A stretch of DNA of 64,000 nt, taken from contig CACASQ010000003.1 of the NCBI GenBank assembly GCA_902535255.1, forward strand, positions 5,102-69,101, read 5' to 3'. Of the stretch, positions 1 through 10,166 are shown piece after piece (position 1 is the stretch's first letter; every line of letters starts with the position of its first letter). The translations under genes and the position numbers were made by a program. The DNA is from an uncultured Pelagibacteraceae bacterium (lineage in GTDB: Bacteria; Pseudomonadota; Alphaproteobacteria; Pelagibacterales; Pelagibacteraceae). The notes under the pieces are model-generated. The model saw only the letters and a program-made list of their open reading frames with translations. It searched no databases and was not told the DNA's origin.

Positions 1-758
1 ATCCAAAAATTATTGCGTTATACCTTACACATCTATCAAAAAATTCTAAATTTAGTACATTAAAGAGACGCTTAGCATCTATAAATGTTATGCATAGGTA
101 TAAAGGTCATTATCTTGATACAAAGCATCCTGTGATAGTTGAAAATTTACTAGGCATCAAAAGACAAATAGGAGTTCACCAGAAAGCAAAAAAACCGTTG
201 TTATTTAATGATTTAAAACAAATAATTAAACAAATTAATTTATCAAAAGAAAATGATTTCAAAAAGTTGAGAAATAAAACCTTAATTCTAGTAGGTTTCT
301 CAGGTGGTTTTAGAAGATCAGAATTAGTTTCAATATCCAAAGAGGATCTTGAGTTTGTAAAAGAAGGCGTAAAAATATTTGTTAAAAGATCTAAGTCCGA
401 CCAATCTGGTGAAGGAATGACAAAAGCAATACCCTACTTTGATAATGAAAATTATTGTCCGGTAAACCATTTAAAAAAATGGATTTTAATTAACAAAAAA
501 AAATTAGTTTTTCCAATTTCAGATAAGAATGTTGCTTTAATTATAAAAAAGTATGCTTGTCTAGTTGGATTAGATGAAACAAAGTATGCTGGTCATAGTC
601 TTAGATCTGGTTTTGCTACAACTACAGCAGAGTCCGGTGCTACCGAAAGAAATATAATGGCTATGACAGGACATAAATCGTCTGATATGGTAAGGAGATA
701 TATAAAAGAAGCTGATTTATTTAAAAACAATGCTTTAAATAAACTTTTAAATAAATGA
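1..758 (+). CDS. Cre-like tyrosine recombinase / phage integrase family protein, 5'-truncated by the window edge
   Basis: Frame is open from position 3 (PKIIALYLTHLS...) into the track ORF 90..758. Catalytic motifs FRRSELV (R), RSKSDQ (K), HSLRSG (HxxR), TGH and RRY (Y nucleophile). Confidence 0.9.
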   Translation, partial: PKIIALYLTHLSKNSKFSTLKRRLASINVMHRYKGHYLDTKHPVIVENLLGIKRQIGVHQKAKKPLLFNDLKQIIKQINLSKENDFKKLRNKTLILVGFSGGFRRSELVSISKEDLEFVKEGVKIFVKRSKSDQSGEGMTKAIPYFDNENYCPVNHLKKWILINKKKLVFPISDKNVALIIKKYACLVGLDETKYAGHSLRSGFATTTAESGATERNIMAMTGHKSSDMVRRYIKEADLFKNNALNKLLNK

Positions 759-1592
759 GAATATATAATGATAAAAGTAAGTAATTTTACATTTTAAAAA
801 ATCTAAATAAAAAGATAAATTTTTATTTGGATCTTTTAATGGTCCATCAAATTTTTTATCTGACCTTAAATAATATTTTTTAAAAAATTTTATACTTACG
901 CCCCATTTTAAAAGAAAAGTCTTTGCTCCGTTGTTCCAGACTTTTTTTCTAAGCGACAAAGAGGAAAAATGATAAACCCTACATTCACCTAGTCCTTTAA
1001 ATAAACGAACTCCTAATTGCCAAAGTTTCATATTAAAATCTGGGTCTGACCCAAGTCCAGGTGAATATTCTTCGCTAAACCCCCCTACTTTTCTCCAAGT
1101 TTTAATGGGAATTAAAGACGGCTGCCAGTGAGTGCCTTGAAAATCATTAAATTTTATACCCGGAAGCTCAGAAAGAAGTTTTTGTTCATTAAAATTTTCT
1201 AAATTTTCACCACAATTAAGGTTAATGTACGACTCAAAAGGCTGCACCATTGTACCTGATAAAAAAAAATCGCTATTTTGAGGTAATTTTTTTAATTCGT
1301 TTTCAAAAGCAATGTCCCAATTAGGACAAAAATACATATCGTCGTGAGCTAACACAATAAAATTTTTAGAAGATTGAGCAACAGCTTTGTTGAAGGCCAA
1401 ACAAACACCTTCATTATTTTTGCTGTATGTTGTTTTAAAGTTTTTATCTTTTAAAAAATCAAGAGTTCCGTCAATGCCCTCATTAATATGTATTATAATT
1501 TCATGATTATATTTTGAGTTTTTATTTATACTATCAAGACAAAGCTTTAAATAATTTAAATTATTAAATGTTGGTATGATGATTGAGAACAT
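747..1592 (-). CDS. Glycosyltransferase family 2
   Basis: N-terminal FSIIIPTFN GT-A strand and a DxD-like AHDD motif. Confidence 0.85.
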   Translation of the reverse strand: MFSIIIPTFNNLNYLKLCLDSINKNSKYNHEIIIHINEGIDGTLDFLKDKNFKTTYSKNNEGVCLAFNKAVAQSSKNFIVLAHDDMYFCPNWDIAFENELKKLPQNSDFFLSGTMVQPFESYINLNCGENLENFNEQKLLSELPGIKFNDFQGTHWQPSLIPIKTWRKVGGFSEEYSPGLGSDPDFNMKLWQLGVRLFKGLGECRVYHFSSLSLRKKVWNNGAKTFLLKWGVSIKFFKKYYLRSDKKFDGPLKDPNKNLSFYLDFLKCKITYFYHYIFSFI

Positions 1593-3722
1593 CTAGTTTT
1601 CCCAAAAATACCTTTTATTCTTATTCACTTCCAAAGTTTTATTTACAATATATTCCGCAACAAGATTTGAATTAAAATATTTCATATATTTTTTCTTACC
1701 ATTTCTAGCAATTGATTTTCTTAATTTATCATCGTTTGCTACCTTTAAAATTTTTTCTGCTAGATCGCTCACATTCTTATAAAAAATCATTTCCTTATTT
1801 GAAAAAAAATTCTGATATTCTGTTTTTTCATCAATTAAACAAGCTAAGCCATTCCCAACAATTTGTGTAATTCTATCACTACTGTAATACTTTATTGCTG
1901 CACCTCTACTTAAATTTAAACCCATTTTTGCGTTAGATATAGTTTTAAAATAATGATCTGCCCAAATTGGTTGAATTTTTCCAATTCCATACAAATCAAA
2001 TTTAACATCAGGAGTTTTGGACGTAAGATTTTTTAAAAAAGTAATCCTATCATCAATTTTGCCACTTTTTAAAACACCACGATGCACTCCGTGACTTAAT
2101 GCAAAAAATACATCAACATTACAAGATTTTTTATAATTATCTAATATTTCAAATGACTTATCTGATGGATTTGGAATGTAAAAGCTATTCTCACTTTTTA
2201 AAAAATTTAAAACATCAGGGCTTGTGGTAAGAAAAGTAGAATCTACAACTTTAATCTTGTCTAAAATTCTATCTTTATTCCTCGCAAAGTCTGGTCCTTT
2301 TTTATTAAGAGGATCTAAAAACCATTGGCCAAATCTTGCGTTAGGATAATCTTCCTTGAGCTCTTTAATTTGATCTGGAGATATTAAATCTGCATGACCT
2401 AATATAATTAAATCAGGCTTGTAATTATAACAAGTTTTTTTTAATTTATCATTTAGAGTTTTTGCTCCTTTTAGATCGTGAAATCCTTTGTAATATTTTT
2501 GTATGTCTCTATCACTAAATCCTAAAACACTATGACCTAATCTTATGAATCCATTATTTATTCTTCTTCCAGTGTTAAAAAAAAGTCTTCCATCCAATCT
2601 TTCGTTAAAATTAGTAATATGAAGTATTCTTAAATTTTGTAAGCTCTTCTTAGTATTAAATTTATTAATTATCTTTAATTTTTCAGATCTAAAATTATCA
2701 ATCTTGTCAGTTATAAATTGGTGAGTGAGATAAAAATTCTTAAGAGATAGTTCTTGAAGTTTAGTTCTTAATTTTGAATTCTTAATTAAATTAACTATTG
2801 TTTTTTCTAAAGTTTTTACGTTTAATTTTTCTAAAATTTTTGCGTTTGTTACAGTCTCTGGCAAGCCACCTTTATTTGTTATAACTACCGCACAACCATT
2901 TGCTGATGCCTCCAAACTTGTTCTACCAAAAGGCTCTTCCCATCTAGAACAGGCTACAGCAATACTAGTTTTCTTAAAAATTTTAAGTACTTGATCGTGA
3001 TTTAAAAAACCTAATACATCCGCATTCACATGATCTAAAATTATTTTCTCTCTTTTTTCATCACCAATAATTTTAGCTTTCCAATCTGGATATCTGTCTA
3101 AAACTTTTTTAATGGCTTTTGCAAAAACATCGTAACCTTTTGCAGTGTTTAATTTACCTACGAATGTTATCCATTTTTTTTTATTTTTTAAAATTTGAAT
3201 TTTATTTTTCTTTGCTGATTGAAAAAAAACTACTAATTTGTCACTATTCACAAATTTATTTTCTAGACCATCTAAAAATCTTTTTTTTGACCAGTTACTG
3301 TTAAAGATAATCTTATAACAACTTTTAAGTAAATTTTTTCTATCATTTATAGTTTTTGATCCATCCATAGAAAGCGGATCATTATGAAAATAAAGAGCTA
3401 AAATTTTATTTCCTAAATTTTTTTTTAGTAAATTAATATAACTCGGTCTATTATGAACTTCTATTATTGAAAAATTATATTTTTTTTGAAGAGTAATAAA
3501 TTTATTTACGTAGGCTCTAGTTTGACTTCTTAAAGGATTATTGAATAGATCAATATTTTTATAGTTAATTCTAAATTTTTTCTTATGATGAGTATTACCA
3601 AAAACTGTAATATTCTTTTTGAATTTACTGTTTAGACTAGTTTCATTAACGAAAAGAGAAACTGCTCCAGGATAATCCGGGGAAAAATTTTCTTTATAGG
3701 GTAGTAAAATTCCAATTTTCAC
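1593..3722 (-). CDS. Two-domain glycosyltransferase (N-terminal GT4 plus C-terminal CgeB/Glyco_trans_1_2-like)
   Basis: FVGKL..KG and EEPFGRTSLEA (GT4 EX7E) in the first half; second half with KMGLNLSR..SDRITQ and IARNGKKK; 709 aa. Confidence 0.8.
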   Translation of the reverse strand: MKIGILLPYKENFSPDYPGAVSLFVNETSLNSKFKKNITVFGNTHHKKKFRINYKNIDLFNNPLRSQTRAYVNKFITLQKKYNFSIIEVHNRPSYINLLKKNLGNKILALYFHNDPLSMDGSKTINDRKNLLKSCYKIIFNSNWSKKRFLDGLENKFVNSDKLVVFFQSAKKNKIQILKNKKKWITFVGKLNTAKGYDVFAKAIKKVLDRYPDWKAKIIGDEKREKIILDHVNADVLGFLNHDQVLKIFKKTSIAVACSRWEEPFGRTSLEASANGCAVVITNKGGLPETVTNAKILEKLNVKTLEKTIVNLIKNSKLRTKLQELSLKNFYLTHQFITDKIDNFRSEKLKIINKFNTKKSLQNLRILHITNFNERLDGRLFFNTGRRINNGFIRLGHSVLGFSDRDIQKYYKGFHDLKGAKTLNDKLKKTCYNYKPDLIILGHADLISPDQIKELKEDYPNARFGQWFLDPLNKKGPDFARNKDRILDKIKVVDSTFLTTSPDVLNFLKSENSFYIPNPSDKSFEILDNYKKSCNVDVFFALSHGVHRGVLKSGKIDDRITFLKNLTSKTPDVKFDLYGIGKIQPIWADHYFKTISNAKMGLNLSRGAAIKYYSSDRITQIVGNGLACLIDEKTEYQNFFSNKEMIFYKNVSDLAEKILKVANDDKLRKSIARNGKKKYMKYFNSNLVAEYIVNKTLEVNKNKRYFWEN

Positions 3723-3967
3723 TTATATCCTTTTTTTATTTCATTCCTTAAAGTTCTATTATGCTTTATATAATATTCTCTAGAAATTGCTTCTTTTTTT
3801 GAATTAAGTTTTTCCTTATAAATCAGTTTCCATTTTCTTCCTCTAGTAAATTTTGCTCCTTTACTATTATTATGCGAATTGATTCTCTTTTTTAAGTTAT
3901 TTGTATAACCAACATATGTTAGAGATCTGCCGCTCAGAGACTTGAGCATGTAGACGTAAAAAGCCAT
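3719..3967 (-). CDS. GIY-YIG nuclease family protein (UPF0213/YhbQ-like)
   Basis: YVYML...YVGYT..LKKRI..HN..KGAKFT...REYYIK. Confidence 0.85.
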   Translation of the reverse strand: MAFYVYMLKSLSGRSLTYVGYTNNLKKRINSHNNSKGAKFTRGRKWKLIYKEKLNSKKEAISREYYIKHNRTLRNEIKKGYK

Positions 3968-3973
3968 TTAAGA

Positions 3974-4765
3974 TTAATATCCTTTTGAATCAGATTCTTT
4001 TTTTGTACCTTTTATCTTTTCAATTGCTACTTTTGAACCAGAGCTCATAAACCGTTGGTCAGATCCAACAGTAACTAGATTAAAACCTATAGAAACCATT
4101 TTTTTTGCATATTCCACACTACCATTATGAATTCCTGCCATCAGCTTTCTTTTTTTTGTAGCTTCTAAAATTCTTAATATTTCTTTATATGCAATTGTTT
4201 TTTCAGATTTGTCGAAACCAGGTTCCTCCCCTACAGCTAAACTTAAATCTGCAGGACCGATATAAATACCATCCAAATTCGGAGTATCAAGAATTTCGTC
4301 AAGTTTCTCCAATGCTTCTTTAGTCTCTATCATAGCGAGTTTTAAAATCTCTTTATCAGCTTGTTTTGCATAATCACTTCCGCCATATAATAATCCTCTG
4401 ATAGGCCCAAAACTTCTATAACCTTTGGGTGGGTACAAGCAAGCTTTAACAAAATTTTCTGCCTCTTTCCTATTACTTACCATCGGACAAATTATACCAT
4501 AACACCCAGCATCTAAAATTTTCATAATTTGCCCAGGCTCATTCCAATTTACTCTTGCTAGAGGAACAGTTTCTGTTGACGAGATGGCTTGCAACATGTT
4601 TAAAGCATTAGGATAATCAATTACACCATGTTGCATGTCAATCGTGCACGAATCCCATCCCTGATGCGCCATAACTTCTGCAGAAAAGGCACTAGGTATT
4701 TGAAGCCAACCATTTATAATTGGTTCACCATTTTTAAACATTTGTTTTAATTTATTTATTCTCAT
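3974..4765 (-). CDS. HpcH/HpaI class II pyruvate aldolase
   Basis: IDMQHG, ILDAG, PPKGYRSFG, MIET and IGPADLS motifs. Confidence 0.9.
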   Translation of the reverse strand: MRINKLKQMFKNGEPIINGWLQIPSAFSAEVMAHQGWDSCTIDMQHGVIDYPNALNMLQAISSTETVPLARVNWNEPGQIMKILDAGCYGIICPMVSNRKEAENFVKACLYPPKGYRSFGPIRGLLYGGSDYAKQADKEILKLAMIETKEALEKLDEILDTPNLDGIYIGPADLSLAVGEEPGFDKSEKTIAYKEILRILEATKKRKLMAGIHNGSVEYAKKMVSIGFNLVTVGSDQRFMSSGSKVAIEKIKGTKKESDSKGY

Positions 4766-6207
4766 TCGTAAGAGGAGCCAAAATGAGTATATTTTATATT
4801 TAGGTAGTCCTTTATCGCCATTGAACCACCTTCTCTACCATAGCCAGTTTGTTTTATACCACCAAATGGTGCCTCTGCTACCGCTACAACTGGAGTATTA
4901 ACAGCTACGCACCCTGTTTCAAGCTTTTCTGAGGCTTGATTTGCTCGTTTAAGGTCTGTTGTATAAACGTAACTGCAAAGTCCTAGATCATTATTATTTG
5001 CTCTCTCCATTACCTCATCAAAATTTTTAAAAGTTAAAATTGGAACTATTGGGCCAAATGGTTCTTCTTTCATAATTGTAAAATTATCTTTAACATTATC
5101 AAAAATTGTTGGTTCATAATAATAACCTTTATTAAAATTAGCTGCTCTTTTTCCACCTAACAAAATTTTTCCACCTTCTTTTTTTGTAGTCTCAACTAGC
5201 TTTTCAACTCCTTCTAATCTTTGCTTTGTACATAAGGGTCCTAGTAAAGTGTCTTTATCCATTCCATTTCCCATTTTTAATTTTTTGGTTTTTTTTACCA
5301 TTAAATCCGCAAATTCATCCTTTTTCTTTTCATGTATATAAAATCTATTTGGTGAGATACAAACTTGTCCATTATTTCTAAATTTTGCAGTAATAGCCAT
5401 ATCTGTAACTTTATTTAAATCAACATCATCAAATACAATAAAAGGTGAATGGCCACTTAATTCCATAGTAACTCTCTGAACTTTTTCTGCAGCTTGTTTT
5501 AAAATAAGTTTACCTACTCTAGTAGATCCTGTTATGGAAATTTTTTTTACTATATCTGATGAAATAAGTTCTGAAGATATTTCTGCTGGATCTCCTGATA
5601 ATAAATTTACTACACCAGGAGGAACACCTGCCTCACGACAAATATCTACTATTTCCATTACACTTCCTGGCGTTATTACGTCTGGTTTGACTATTACAGA
5701 ACAACCTGCGGCTAATGCAGTAGAAATCTTTCTTGAAGCTAAGATTATTGGGAAGTTCCATGGAACTAATGCTGCTACTACTCCAACTGGTTGGTAAATA
5801 ACATGAATTTTAGTATTAGGAAAACGACTTTGATTTATTTCTCCAAATATTCTTTTTGTTTCTTCTGAATTCCATTCAAAAATATCAGCGGCCCCTCCTA
5901 TTTCACCTGGCCCCTCTGTAATTGGTTTTCCTACTTCTAAAGTTAACCATTTAGATAAAACATCAACTCTTTTTCGTATTAGTTCTGAGATTTTTCTAAT
6001 TACTTTAGACCTTTCCCAAGGGGATGTGTTTCTCCAAATTGCTAAACCTTTTTCTGCTGAATGCAAAGCTCTTTGAACATCTTTACTATTTGCCTTAGAA
6101 GCTTTTCCAATAATTTCTTCTGTTGCAGGATTTATTACTTTGTATGTTTCTGCACTCGAGGATTGTTGCCATTTACCATCGATAAATTGACCAAATTTTT
6201 CGTACAT
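4762..6207 (-). CDS. NAD(P)-dependent aldehyde dehydrogenase, succinate/alpha-ketoglutaric semialdehyde dehydrogenase family
   Basis: PWNFP, ITGST, MELSG, NNGQVC (catalytic Cys), EEPFGP, APFGGIKQTGYGREG. Confidence 0.85.
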   Translation of the reverse strand: MYEKFGQFIDGKWQQSSSAETYKVINPATEEIIGKASKANSKDVQRALHSAEKGLAIWRNTSPWERSKVIRKISELIRKRVDVLSKWLTLEVGKPITEGPGEIGGAADIFEWNSEETKRIFGEINQSRFPNTKIHVIYQPVGVVAALVPWNFPIILASRKISTALAAGCSVIVKPDVITPGSVMEIVDICREAGVPPGVVNLLSGDPAEISSELISSDIVKKISITGSTRVGKLILKQAAEKVQRVTMELSGHSPFIVFDDVDLNKVTDMAITAKFRNNGQVCISPNRFYIHEKKKDEFADLMVKKTKKLKMGNGMDKDTLLGPLCTKQRLEGVEKLVETTKKEGGKILLGGKRAANFNKGYYYEPTIFDNVKDNFTIMKEEPFGPIVPILTFKNFDEVMERANNNDLGLCSYVYTTDLKRANQASEKLETGCVAVNTPVVAVAEAPFGGIKQTGYGREGGSMAIKDYLNIKYTHFGSSYE

Positions 6208-6263
6208 AAATTATATATAGTTATTGAATATAATAAGTTAATTAATTATCTTATAAAGAATTT

Positions 6264-8108
6264 ATGAAAAACATTCAACTTACTTGTGCTCAAGCACTAG
6301 TTAAATTCCTTATTAAACAAAAAATTTTAATTGAAGGAAAAAAAGAACCATTATTTCCAGGAGCATTTGGAATTTTTGGCCATGGCAATGTAGCATGCTT
6401 AGGTCAAGCTCTTCAGGAAAACCAAAAAGACCTTCCGACATGGAGAGGACATCACGAGCAAAATATGGCTCTAACAGGTATTGCATACTCTAGAGCGAAA
6501 AGACGGAAACAAATTTTTATTGCAACATCTTCGGTAGGCCCTGGATCTACGAATATGATTACCGCAGCAGCTGTTGCCATGAGCAATAGATTACCAATAC
6601 TTTTTTTACCGGGTGATACTTTTGCAAATCGAATGCCTGACCCAGTATTACAACAAGTTGAGCATTTTAATAATCCTGGCATTACACAGAACGATGGATT
6701 TAAGTCTGTTGTTAGATATTTCGATAGAATAACAAGACCTGAACAAATCATTTCAAGCTTACAACAAGCAATTCAAGTTATGTTAGATCCAGCTGATTGT
6801 GGACCAGCATGTATTTCTTTAAGTCAGGATGTTCAAGGTGAAGTCTATGATTATCCAGAAGAATTTTTTAAAGAGAGAATTCATATAATAAGAAGACCTA
6901 GGCCAGATGATTTTCAAATTAAAGAAGCGGCTGAGCTTATAAAAAAATCTAGTAAACCAATTATTATTGCTGGCGGAGGTATTTTTTATTCAGATGCTAC
7001 TGAAGAGTTAAGCACTTTCGCAAAAAAACATAATATTCCTGTGACTCAAACAGTTATGGGTTATTCATCTATTAAAAAAGATCATACTCATTATCTTGGC
7101 ACTATTGGAGGTTTAGGAGGAAAAGCAGCGAACAATTTAAGTAAAGAGACTGATACTGCAATAGCAATAGGAACTAAACTTGCTGATTTTACAACAGGAT
7201 CATGGGCTAATTTTGAAAATCCAAATTTTAAACTAGTTTCTATTAACGCTGCAAGATTTGATGCTAACAAACATATGGCTCAAGCAATAGTTGGAGATGC
7301 AAAAGTTTCATTAATTGAATTATCCCAAGCATTAGGGAATTGGAAAGCGGATGATAGTTGGCATAAAAAATCAAGAGTGGAATTAAAAAATTGGGAAACT
7401 TACGTTGAAAAAGAAAGTGGACCAACTAATCAAAAATTACCAAGCTATGCTCAAGTTATTGGAGCATGCTATAGAAATTCAGATCCCTCTGATATAGCCG
7501 TTACAGCGGCAGGAGGATTAGTTGGTGAGGTGATACAAGTTTGGAAGCCAAGAGAATTAAATACTCACGAAACAGAATGGGGTTTTAGTTGTATGAGTTA
7601 TGAGATTTCTGGAGCATTAGGTATCAAAATGGCTAATCCAGATAAAGAAGTTGTTTCGTTTGTTGGAGATGGATCTTATCTACTTTATAATTCTGATATA
7701 TATAGTTCAGTAATTACCAATAATAAATTAATACTCGTAGTTTGTGATAATGGTGGCCACGCTGTAATAAATAGACTGCAATTATACAAAGGTGGCAAAG
7801 AATTCAACTGTCTACTTAAAAGCTCAAAGACTCCTAATTTAGTACCTGTTGATTTTGCAGGGCATGCTAAGAGTATGGGAGCAGATGGTGAGCATGTTAA
7901 TTCAATAGCTGAATTAGAAGAGGCTTTCAAAAGAGCAAAAAAATCAAAAAAAACTTATGTAATTTCAATTCGTACAGATGGATATCAATGGCTAGAGGGC
8001 TCAGCTTATTGGGAAAGTCCAACTCTAGGGATAGCATCATCTGAAGAAAATAAAAAAGCCCTAAAAGAACACCTAGAAGGAAAGAAAAAGCAAAGAAAAG
8101 GTGTATAA
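6264..8108 (+). CDS. iolD: 3D-(3,5/4)-trihydroxycyclohexane-1,2-dione acylhydrolase (ThDP-dependent)
   Basis: LTCAQALVKFL, GIFGHGNV, PDPVLQQVE, EWGFSCMSYEI, GDGSY...DN ThDP motif. Confidence 0.93.
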   Translation: MKNIQLTCAQALVKFLIKQKILIEGKKEPLFPGAFGIFGHGNVACLGQALQENQKDLPTWRGHHEQNMALTGIAYSRAKRRKQIFIATSSVGPGSTNMITAAAVAMSNRLPILFLPGDTFANRMPDPVLQQVEHFNNPGITQNDGFKSVVRYFDRITRPEQIISSLQQAIQVMLDPADCGPACISLSQDVQGEVYDYPEEFFKERIHIIRRPRPDDFQIKEAAELIKKSSKPIIIAGGGIFYSDATEELSTFAKKHNIPVTQTVMGYSSIKKDHTHYLGTIGGLGGKAANNLSKETDTAIAIGTKLADFTTGSWANFENPNFKLVSINAARFDANKHMAQAIVGDAKVSLIELSQALGNWKADDSWHKKSRVELKNWETYVEKESGPTNQKLPSYAQVIGACYRNSDPSDIAVTAAGGLVGEVIQVWKPRELNTHETEWGFSCMSYEISGALGIKMANPDKEVVSFVGDGSYLLYNSDIYSSVITNNKLILVVCDNGGHAVINRLQLYKGGKEFNCLLKSSKTPNLVPVDFAGHAKSMGADGEHVNSIAELEEAFKRAKKSKKTYVISIRTDGYQWLEGSAYWESPTLGIASSEENKKALKEHLEGKKKQRKGV

Positions 8109-8116
8109 ACTTTAAA

Positions 8117-9274
8117 ATGCAAAAAATTGCTAATGTTGGATTGATTGGTTGCGGTCATATAGCCGAAACATATTTTAGAGCTCACAAATATTTTAATAAT
8201 TTTAAAATAATTAAGTGTGCAGATATAAATAAAAAAGCAGCTGAAAAATGCGCTAAGGCTTATAAGATTGAGTCTGCCTCTGTAAATGAGATATTGAAAG
8301 ATAAAAAGATTAAGATAATTCTAAATCTTACAATTCCTACATCACACTACTCAGTAACAAAAAAATCGTTACTCAATGGTAAGCATGTGTACTCTGAAAA
8401 ACCTTTGGCGGTAGATTTTAAAGAAGGTTTAAAACTTATAAAAATTGCAAAAAGAAAAAAACTTTTTATTGGAAATGCTCCAGATACATTTTTAGGAGGA
8501 GGCAATCAAAAAGCAAGAAAGCTTTTAGATAGAAAAATTATAGGTAAAATAAAGTTTGGGACTGCAATTTTTGCATTTCCAGGAATTCAATCATACCATC
8601 CTAATCCAGAGCCATGGTTTAAAAAAAAGGGAGGAGGTCCAGTTATTGATATGGGTCCTTATTATTTAACAGCACTTGTTAACTTGTTAGGCCCTGCTAA
8701 ATCTGTGACGAGTATTTGTAATTATAACACAAAAAAAAGAATTATAGGGATTGGACCAAAAAAAGGTAAAAAAATTAAAGTAGAATGTCCTACTACTTAC
8801 TTTTCGACTATAAAATTTAAAAATGGAACAACGATCAGATTGACTTTATCGTTTGATGTAATCTCCCACTTGAGAAATCATATTGAATTATATGGAGAAA
8901 AAGGATCTATGATAGTCCCAGACCCAAATATGTTTGGAGGATCTGTTTTGTTGAGCACGAAGTTAGGAAGTAAATGGAAAAATTATAAAACTAATAAAAT
9001 GATTTTAGGAAAAATTAATATTCGAACTCAAAGTTCTAGAGCGAATGAGTCTTCTACTAATGCTAATTATAGGGGCGTAGGACTTGCAGAAATGATACAC
9101 TCAATTCAAAATAATAAAAAACATAGATGTAGTGATAGTTTATCATTACATGTTCTTAATATTATAGATGGAATTCACAAATCAGCTAAAAGTGGAAAAA
9201 AATTTGATATCAAAACTACATGTGAAAAACCTAAATTTTTTACAAATAAAGATATAAATTCAATTATTAAATAG
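8117..9274 (+). CDS. Gfo/Idh/MocA family oxidoreductase
   Basis: GLIGCGHI Rossmann motif, HVYSEKPLA, APDTFLG, GGGPVIDMGPYY. Confidence 0.88.
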   Translation: MQKIANVGLIGCGHIAETYFRAHKYFNNFKIIKCADINKKAAEKCAKAYKIESASVNEILKDKKIKIILNLTIPTSHYSVTKKSLLNGKHVYSEKPLAVDFKEGLKLIKIAKRKKLFIGNAPDTFLGGGNQKARKLLDRKIIGKIKFGTAIFAFPGIQSYHPNPEPWFKKKGGGPVIDMGPYYLTALVNLLGPAKSVTSICNYNTKKRIIGIGPKKGKKIKVECPTTYFSTIKFKNGTTIRLTLSFDVISHLRNHIELYGEKGSMIVPDPNMFGGSVLLSTKLGSKWKNYKTNKMILGKINIRTQSSRANESSTNANYRGVGLAEMIHSIQNNKKHRCSDSLSLHVLNIIDGIHKSAKSGKKFDIKTTCEKPKFFTNKDINSIIK

Positions 9275-10166
9275 AATTTTGCCTACTCAAAATAGCAGCT
9301 CCACGCACGCCACTCGCATCTCCATATTTAGGTTTTAGAAAAACGGTTTTTAAGTTCGGCTCATTTATAAACTCTGATGTTTTATTTTTTATATCATCAA
9401 TAAAATCTATTTCATTTGAAATCCCCCCACCGAATACTATTGCGTCTGGATCAATTGTTGTAATGATTAAGACTAAACTTCTAGAAAGATTTTCTTTATA
9501 TTCATTAATAAATAATTGCGAATTTTTGTCTTTTTTTCTATAAAGCTCAAATATTTCTTTAGCAGAAATTTCTCTTTTATAAATTTCATAAAATCTTTTT
9601 TCGATAGATTTCCCTGATAAATAACCTTCAATTCTGTTTGAAAAATCCAAAACTTTATCTGATTTTAAATTTCCTACATTTTCAATTGGCATTTGATTTA
9701 AACTCCATTCACCACCTAAACCGTTTGCTCCAGATATTATTCTTTTATTTATTACTAATCCACCTCCACAGCCTGAACCTAGAATTATTCCAAATACAGT
9801 TTCGTAATGACTCGCAGAACCATCAAAGGCCTCAGATAAACAAAAACAATTTGCATCATTTTCTGTTAAGATATTGTTACTAATTTTTTTCTTTAAATCT
9901 TTAATTAGGTTTTTTTTATTTAACCACTTTGAATTATGAGCATTTTTTATTAAACCAGTTGTTTTGTCAATTGCTCCTGGGTGACAAATTCCAACATTAA
10001 ATTTTTCATTATCCTGATCAAATTTTTTTACGATATTTGCTAATTCTAAAATTGTATTTTCGTAATTAGGAGGTGTTCGGATTCTATCTCTACTTATTTC
10101 TTTATTGTTATTATCTAGAAGAACATACTCAATCTTAGTTGCGCCTAAATCAATTCCTATTTGCAT
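9267..10166 (-). CDS. ROK family sugar kinase (Mak/fructokinase-like) lacking the Zn-binding Cys/His motif
   Basis: IGIDLGATK, ENDANC, GIILGSGCGGG, DPDAIVFGGG, YGDASGVRGAA. Confidence 0.85.
   Translation of the reverse strand: MQIGIDLGATKIEYVLLDNNNKEISRDRIRTPPNYENTILELANIVKKFDQDNEKFNVGICHPGAIDKTTGLIKNAHNSKWLNKKNLIKDLKKKISNNILTENDANCFCLSEAFDGSASHYETVFGIILGSGCGGGLVINKRIISGANGLGGEWSLNQMPIENVGNLKSDKVLDFSNRIEGYLSGKSIEKRFYEIYKREISAKEIFELYRKKDKNSQLFINEYKENLSRSLVLIITTIDPDAIVFGGGISNEIDFIDDIKNKTSEFINEPNLKTVFLKPKYGDASGVRGAAILSRQNSI

Noticed and set aside
6971-6976. TGGCGG matching the reverse complement of the tRNA 3' ends, as a possible att repeat
   Set aside because: Only 6 nt and explained by Ala-Gly-Gly codons inside iolD
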